Both the position numbers and the translations under genes were made by a program. A DNA stretch of 64,000 nt from the human T2T-CHM13v2.0 reference genome, Homo sapiens: NCBI RefSeq assembly GCF_009914755.1, contig NC_060926.1. One strand, given 5' to 3'. The notes beneath the pieces were generated by a model that worked only from the letters and a program-made list of their open reading frames with translations, was not told where the DNA came from and did not search any database. Shown in pieces: positions 56,599 through 64,000 of the stretch (its first letter is position 1; each line of letters starts with the position of its first letter).

Positions 56599-57936
56599 GA
56601 AATTAGTGTATTCTTTAAAGTTCATATTTTTCATTAATTCACAGAAGAATTGTAAAAAAGGTAACACGCAGTTGACATTCCATTTTTCCAGAAAGACAGA
56701 TAATTACATACTGTAGAGGATGACTCAAAAGTCTGTTTCAAGCCACTGACTTCCTAAACTAATGAAGGCCTATTCAAAGTCACTTAATTCAGCTGTTTTT
56801 TTTTTTTTTTTTGATAAATACAAAGATACATGTAAAGTTTTACTTACCTGATTTTAAAAACAGGCTACCAAAATTTATCCAAATATATTAAAAAATGAGA
56901 CTGTTTTAAAAACCTTTCGTTTCCATATTGTGACTCCACTAAGCGGGTAAAAAGTTCAGGACAGAGATGGAAAGGAAAGAAGGAAACAGGAAGAAGTGAA
57001 ACTAGGAAGGTGGTGCCAGTGGCACATGGATGAAGAAAGAGAGATCATCAGCCATGGAGAATTTTGTAATGTAAGTAGAGAGAGAGATTGGGTAGGAAGA
57101 CAGGCTTCACAGTTTGTAAAGTGTAAGGGAACTACCCATCGTACCCTGTCATTGACTAGGGCTGTGAGTTATGTAGTTCTGTCTCCTCTTGCAAAAGACT
57201 TACCACTTCTGGCAAGTGATTAACCACTTCTGGCAACTCTTCATTTCTTCTTATCCTTGAATATTCATCTACATCACTCTAAACAGCACAGCCCCAGAAG
57301 CATGGAAAGGGGAGTTATTAGTATGGAAAGGGGAGTTACTCTTCTGGTGTAGTGGTCCGATTGAGTCCATGGCTTCCCAGCCTTACCAGAGGTGATAAAA
57401 ATGTCAATTCCTTTGGGGCCAATCTTGCTCCTCCAGTGTGTTTTAGCCCTAATGAGGTCATGGTTATTTCTAGACTTCTGAGACTTACTGTGGCTTTGAA
57501 TTGACACAAACACTAATTTTCTGTCAAAGGCTAGAGTGATGGATGTTATATGCCTGAATTTTCTTTGAACATTTTATTTTAAAAGAGATACTTTGGGCTT
57601 TTCATGAAACTAAAATTCTGGAACCCTAGAGCAGTCTATTATATCTGTCACCACAAGGACTTTCCTTAAAAAGCTCCCTCCATAAGCACTTGGATGTGTA
57701 AACAAGATCCTTTCACAGATCTTTTTCTCTTCCTCTCCATATCCCAACTTGTCTTGGAGACTACTTTTTGAATTATAAATCCCTTTCTGCATTTCTATTA
57801 TTAATTTTTATTTGTAAAATTGCTAAAATAGCTAAATTTGGCCATTTAACCTGCATTTAAAATCTAGGAATGTGGGGTGATCATCTTTGTACATAAATTA
57901 CCTAATGACCCTGTCCATGCTGTGCTACGTGTTTAG

Positions 57937-58093
57937 GTGGAATAACACTCCCATGGATGAAGCACTGCACTTTGGACACCATGATGTATTTAAAATTCTC
58001 CAAGAATACCAAGTCCAGTACACACCTCAAGGAGATTCTGACAACGGGAAGGAAAATCAAACCGTCCATAAGAATCTTGATGGATTGTTGTAA
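57937..58093 (+). CDS. GLS: GLS exon 19 coding part (KGA C-terminus): (R)WNNTPMDEALHFGHHDVFKILQEYQVQYTPQGDSDNGKENQTVHKNLDGLL*; KEN box at 58049-58057
   Basis: gtttag|GTGGAA acceptor, TAA at 58091-58093; ORF 57887..58093. Confidence 0.96.
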
Positions 58094-58291
58094 TGGTCTC
58101 AAATCCCAAGATTTAAATCACTTACCTATTTAATTGTGGAAAATGATTATGAAGAACATGTGTATTTCTATCTGGTAGTGATGTATATTTTACATTTGTC
58201 ATTTCAGTGTTACTGGAGTTTTCTTCATTGTGCACACAGGACAAATCTGATCTCTTTGGGAAAAAATAGAAATAAAACAATCTCCCTCCAT

Positions 58292-58298
58292 AATGTGA
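58292..58298 (+). promoter_or_regulatory. miR-23a/b seed match (AATGTGA) in the KGA 3'UTR
   Basis: Reverse complement of miR-23 nt 2-8 (UCACAUU); MYC/miR-23 control of GLS is established, but that this exact site is the functional one is inferred. Confidence 0.6.
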
Positions 58299-60633
58299 GC
58301 AATATTACCTCGTGCATTGTATAATTTGATGTAAAAGAAATAGTTACCAATGCTAGCTTGTGTGGTCTTCCATGATTTATTTGTGTTTTGTGAATTTTCA
58401 ATTTATGGTGATGATCTGCTGATATGCATTTATAAAGTAAGCTCTGTTGTACAGTCTGTCCAAATGGGTCAAGGTTGCCTTTAGAAGCAAATAGTGTGAT
58501 TTTCAAGACTTCAAATACAAATTTAGTTTAAGTGTTTGAACAACTATATGCACTTACGGTTGTGTGTTTAAAATGTCTCTCTCACCCCCTAGCTTCATGA
58601 TGTGACTCTTAAAAAACTATAATAGTTAACAACTGTTAGTAAGATAGACCAATTCTGATTAGACTTTATCAGGGAATCTGTTTAAGATATGTTTGGTGAC
58701 CAAAACGTATGTGTGAATGTAGTTATAATGCTTTTGAAAAATTTTCCTTTTTCTATATCCCCTTAGTCCAGCCTCTCTTCTCAGACATTTAGCTATCTGC
58801 CTCTTTCCTTTAGCTGGGAAAGTGAGAGCTGGCATACTATGCAGTTTTTATGTTTTCCATAGTAAGTCAGAAAATGCCTCCTATTTCTGGCATCAGAACT
58901 TTGCCATTTGTCTACAGAAGACGAACCAGAGACAAAATTACTAAGTATAAATTAGTCAAGTTTATCAGTCTAAAAAACGAAGGGATGTGCAACTGCAGCT
59001 CTTTAAGAAGTTTTTTTTTTTTAGCTTCTAGGGTAAAGATAAATTCAGAAATGCTCTAAGCTACCAAAGTTATTCTGAAAGTATGGGAACTGCTACAACT
59101 AACAAACATTTGTTTCCAAGCCTGTCATTAAGAGTCTGCATCAAGAGATTTGTCCTCCTTGGGGGACCACTGGATCATTCCAGATTTCTTGTGATTTTTC
59201 TATTGTGTAATTCTTGGTGGGCTCTGTAGTTTAATAATAAGAAAAAGGCCATTTCATTTTAAATTGTGACCTATAATTCTTTGTCTTGGGTTGGTAATTC
59301 AGGATTCATTTGGAAAGTGGGTAAAAGGGGCTTCAAAAAACGGATAGAACAGGATTTTCTAGGAGTTACACATACATTTTATCCTGTCATACCTCGAGAT
59401 AAAGTGGCATGTTAGTGAGGAGTTCTGATATTAAGCACACACACACATGCACACAAATGGACTTCTCTGAAGCTGTGTTTAGTGAAATGAGCTCAAGTAC
59501 ATGAATGTTAGTTGTTATCACATACAGCAAATTCCTTTTTTTTTCTTTTTCTATGAGCACACTCTGCTGCTTCTAAACTTTACATGCCTGATGGCACCTT
59601 ACTCCAGCAGCCTCCAGGTGCTTTCATTTTCACTTCCAGTCTAAGCCAGTGGCTCCTGCCACTGCCCTCCCATTACCTAGATGGCACCTCCTTTGGTGAA
59701 ACCACGGCCAATGTTCCTTAGCTGCACCAGGCCCGAAGCTGTTCCCATGCTTGAGCTTCCATGGGGAGGATGCTGAGTGAGCAGTTTCCTACCCCGTGGA
59801 TCTAGCAAGCCATGGAGACAGGTAGCATTTGTAAGATGCTGCACAGGAGCAGCATTATCCCCAAAGATATTACAGGGTAGACACGTTTTAACTGAAATCA
59901 ATCAAGATAACTTTATTCAAAGAGCAGCCCGCTTTGTGTGACTAAAATGAAACAAGACAGTTGAATTGTGTGACTTGAAGATTACCAATGATTTTGAGGC
60001 TTTTCTATAATAAAAAGAGGTTCTAACCATTATTTGGGAACAAAGAGAGTTTTCATCTTTTTTCAGATCAAAACCATTCTGTAAAATCTTTGTTGTTTAA
60101 TTAAATGTGCCGTTATTTACCCCTGATGTTATTTATGACTATGTGCCGATTCCTGCTCGGGCTGTTTGCTGTTGGCTGGTAATAATATATTTGATTTAAA
60201 TGCTGTTGACTGTGCTATTAACTGCTGCCGTCAGTAAACTCCAAAGATCTTTTTGTTTTGGCTTTAGTATCATATGTGCTTTTTCTGTATCCTGAGCGCT
60301 CTATATGATCATGTTAATTTAAAGCTTTATACACATTGTTGTTTTTGCTGGTCTCATCTTTGGTAATATGCTATACCCCACTGCTGCCCGACACTGCCCT
60401 TTAGCTGCAGAGCTGGATTAGCTGTTGACCATTTGATGCTGTTGTCTGTCTGGCAGGGACTGAATGACCTGATGTCAGATTTAGATTCTTCCTGGGGATT
60501 ACACAGCTATGAATGTATTTGCTTCTAAAACCTCCCAAAGTGAATCTAATCTTAAAACTACAAGTTGTAAGTATTCTGAAATTGGGAAACATTTATTTTA
60601 AATGCAATCAGGTAGTGTTGCTTTTTACAGCAT

Positions 60634-60639
60634 AATAAA
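60634..60639 (+). terminator. Distal KGA polyadenylation signal AATAAA
   Basis: cataataaatatatgtatc followed by a genomic A10 run. Confidence 0.75.
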
Positions 60640-61604
60640 TATATGTATCAAAAAAAAAACTGTGTGGAAAAAATGAATTTTCTTAAAACAATTAAGAGCC
60701 AGGAACTCCACTGAGCATACAGACCATCTCTGGTTAGGTTCCAATCCATTTCTAATGCCTGCTATAAAGCTAGGTACTACACAAGGTGTCAGATGGGGTT
60801 GCCACAATGACTAGGACAAGAATCCTGTGTAGAGTTCACCTTTGAAGGTGAGGGATGTGCAGGCATGTCTCTAGTCCTCTAGATGCAAACACTATCCTTT
60901 TACAGTTAGGAAGTGCTCAGTAAATATTTGTTGAATGGAACCAGTAAACATACCCTTGAATGAGAAGAGAGGTTATTTTCACAAAGCCTTGAAATTTATT
61001 TAGAGAGTTGAAGCTAGTACTGCCACACTAGAATCTGAGTGTCACCAGCCAGTACACCTCAGCTCCTAATTTATTCTGCGTGGGAATAGCATTCGCTTCC
61101 AATGCCAGAAATCCCTGGTCTTCAGAGCACTCTTTCCTTTCAGGCCAGGGGTTAGTGTATAGTTTTCCAACCATAGAGAAAGTACATGAACACCATGACT
61201 GTTACATTTTCATTTATCAAAGTTATCTGTCACAAAGTAAGTTACTTTGCTAGAAGAGTCACTGCATTACTGGCATTGTAGAACTGTGATGAGCCAGGTA
61301 CTATGCAAGGTGACAAGTGGGGTTACCACAATGATTAGAAGAGACATCAGAAATTCTCTAATCTAACTCACTCTTCTTTTATAGATGAAGCTGAGACCCA
61401 AGAGTGGGCTGTGATACAGAACTCTTAGTCCTGCGCTGTTGTTCTACGTCCTACAACACTGATTATGCCCAGTATGGATAGAATATACATATTAGCTTAT
61501 TCATATGCACTATCTCCTATTAGCTAAGGCCTCTTCTCTGCTGAGTTTTAGGCAGAGGCCTAAGTGCTACAACAGAAAGTCCTGCAACATATAGTCAACT
61601 TCAG

Positions 61605-61666
61605 CTATATATATACATATATATATATACACATATACACATATATATATATATACACATATACAC

Positions 61667-61711
<45 letters not shown>
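61605..61711 (+). repeat. Compound (TA)n/(CA)n microsatellite downstream of GLS
   Basis: tatatatatacatatatatatacacat... ending in a (ca)n run. Confidence 0.95.
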
Positions 61712-61712
<1 letters not shown>

Positions 61713-64000
61713 CCATGGATAGGAGCAGGATATCAGTGCAGGCACAACAAATGTGTGAATAATCCTAAATAGTGAATAGTTATTTTTATTCTTGATACAA
61801 GATCATTTTATTTTTGTATAACTTTTTTAGGAGTTGGGATAACCTTCCTAATTTTACTTGCTAATAATCCTCATAGTAAAATGAGTAAATTCATAAATCA
61901 TATACCAGATGGCCCAGGGAAGCAGCCCATGAATGTGTTAGGTGGCACTTATAAAAAGGCTTTTTGGGAAAGGATAATCTTTTATAGTTATGCAAGGAAA
62001 TGATGTGATTCACTAGATTATATGTGTTTGGGGATGAGAAAGATTAGAAAATTAAGGCAGTTTTTTAAAAAGGAGGCATGAGATACAGCAAAACAACTGG
62101 ATGGAAGGCATTAAAGGCAGAGACTGGGGGGTTTTATTTCTATTCTGGAGAATGAACCAGACTCCAGGCCTGTGTGCGCCCCCACTGTACCCCTTGCTTC
62201 CTTTCCAAATAGCCAATAAAAGGCTGCAATGAAGTGTGTCTGACAAGCAGTCCCAATGGCAAAAGAATATCAAGACTGTTTCAATTATGTAGAAGAAATG
62301 TGGAAAGGCTGCAAACAGACACTGACAGTAAGGTATTAAGGTGTTATAATAGCTTTATGAAATATTATAGGAGAATTCAGAGTTTGATAATAGGTATTTG
62401 ACAGCTTTCTACCTCTTAGATAGCTTTCTGTTCTCTGTAGACTCAAGATAACGTTAATAAATAAGTTTAAGACTGCTTAAGTATGGCTCTGTTGTTTTTT
62501 CCTTTTTACAATAAATCAAGCAAGGTGTTTAATTTCTCAGTGAGTGTAGCAAACACATAAACCAAAGTGAGTTCACAAAAACTTGGAAGCTGAGGATTAT
62601 CATTTAAGAGCAATATAAACTGATCTTAAAAAGCTCTAAAAGCAATATTGTCTTCAGCTTTCCTAAAACTGGTTTAAATGTCATTTCTTTGAAATTGTAT
62701 TTTTTAAATATAACATTTACATTATTTGTAGCTTCTGGCTGTTTGTTTGCATCACAAAATCTTAAGTTTTAATAAGGTGACTGCACTAGAATGTATGATC
62801 CAGTGTCTCAGAATATCTTAAGTTCCATAAAAGCAGGGATCTTTGCTTTTGTTTACCAATGTTTCCCAAACATCTAGTATAATGCCTGGCTCATGGCAGG
62901 TGCTCTATATAAATCTGATGAATTAATTAATGAATGAATCATAACTAACCAAAGGAAGCCAGTCACATAAATGGTCCTTACTTTGTTAATGTCCCAATTC
63001 AAAAGGTAAGCAGAAGAGTTTTCAAAACACTTTCTAGCTTTTTCCTGTCCTTTCCCTGGGTTAGTCAGTGACAGGACTGCTCTGTTCAGAAAGACTTGCC
63101 TTCATATTCCACTTTAGCTTTCAGGCAATAAATAGATTTCACTCATTTCATGCCATCTCAGAAAACCCTCTTTCCTTTAAAATGAGACATTTGTCCCCAG
63201 TAGCACACATAAGCTCTATGCTTATAAAACACTTTTCAAACTTAGAAACACCACACGAGAAATACTCAAACACAAACAAATATCCCTTAAGTTAGGATCT
63301 ACTCAGTGACTTCTTATAATGGTTAATTATGTAGAATACAAACTTACACTAGTTAGCCAGGGCATATTTACTTTACTCCTTGGAGAGAGACCACTCTCAG
63401 TGTTCACTATAAATAAGCTTTATATTTCCTAGATGTAAATACGAAGATATGGAGATGAGAATAATCATTCTGGTTATGATGCCAACATTCATTATCAGGG
63501 AATAACACTATTCCATGATAATAGCTAAATACAACTTGACAGACTATGCCTAACTTGGTAATTATGCCTCTTACCCTTTTTTCCCCAATACACAGTGTAT
63601 TTTACTTTGAGAAGACCTGGCCTTCTAGCTTTTGACATCTTTGGAAAAAAATGGCAGCTTTTTTGTGGGTGCAATAACTTCTCAGTAATAACTCATCTAA
63701 TCGTGGGGGTGTAGATTTTAGATGACTGCTTTGGAGACAAGACAAAGTCCCATTTCTCATGTATTTTAAAATTAAAAACTGCTAATTTGGGGGTATTAGC
63801 AATACCCAGATTCATTTTAAAATAAGTGCTGAATCATCTGTATATTTGGGGACAGCTGTGGTCGCAAAGAACCAAAATACTTTTGTTTGTTTGCTTTTTA
63901 TGGCACCTATTACAGCTGTTGCCAATAATATTACTCCTCTGACCTCTTCCATTGACATGTCTTAATCTGCCATAGCAATTCTGAATATGTGTAGGGCAGG

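Larger units (their letters stand above)
58094..60655 (+). other. GLS: KGA isoform 3'UTR (~2.55 kb); end approximate
   Basis: Follows the KGA stop; AATAAA at 58272, 60009 and 60634. Confidence 0.8.

Noticed and set aside
57202-57338. Short spaced direct repeats as a CRISPR-like array
   Set aside because: Only two copies each, 5-7 nt spacers, eukaryotic intron, no cas genes
59672-59690. CTCF-like cctagatggcac in the KGA 3'UTR
   Set aside because: The 5' part of the CTCF core does not match; cannot be supported without ChIP data

Overview
Primate, almost certainly human, genomic DNA covering the 3' two-thirds of GLS (kidney-type glutaminase, GLS1) on the + strand. I reconstructed exons 6-14 (catalytic domain), the GAC-specific terminal exon 15 with its 3'UTR and poly(A) signal, and the KGA-specific exons 16-19 (ankyrin repeats, KEN box) with their 3'UTR. 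All have GT-AG boundaries and a continuous reading frame. The introns contain about 20 Alu/FLAM copies, a near full-length Tigger1, a 5'-truncated L1PA with a nested Alu, and older L1M/L2/MIR/MER/MLT debris. Most entries in the ORF track are repeat-derived or spurious. I found no new gene or prokaryote-type system. The most interesting unexplained structures are: (i) a ~200-bp, ~90% identical direct repeat bracketing KGA exons 16-18; (ii) a layered splice arrangement at the KGA exon 16 acceptor (CAG|GTAAAG recursive-type site plus an upstream stop-containing 27-nt micro-exon candidate); (iii) a dense E-box/AP-1/ARE cluster just upstream of that acceptor; (iv) a pre-miRNA-sized hairpin with a duplicated competing arm in intron 6; and (v) an Alu with a twin-priming-like inversion. 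All were read by eye. Repeat subfamily calls and all functional interpretations are unverified.
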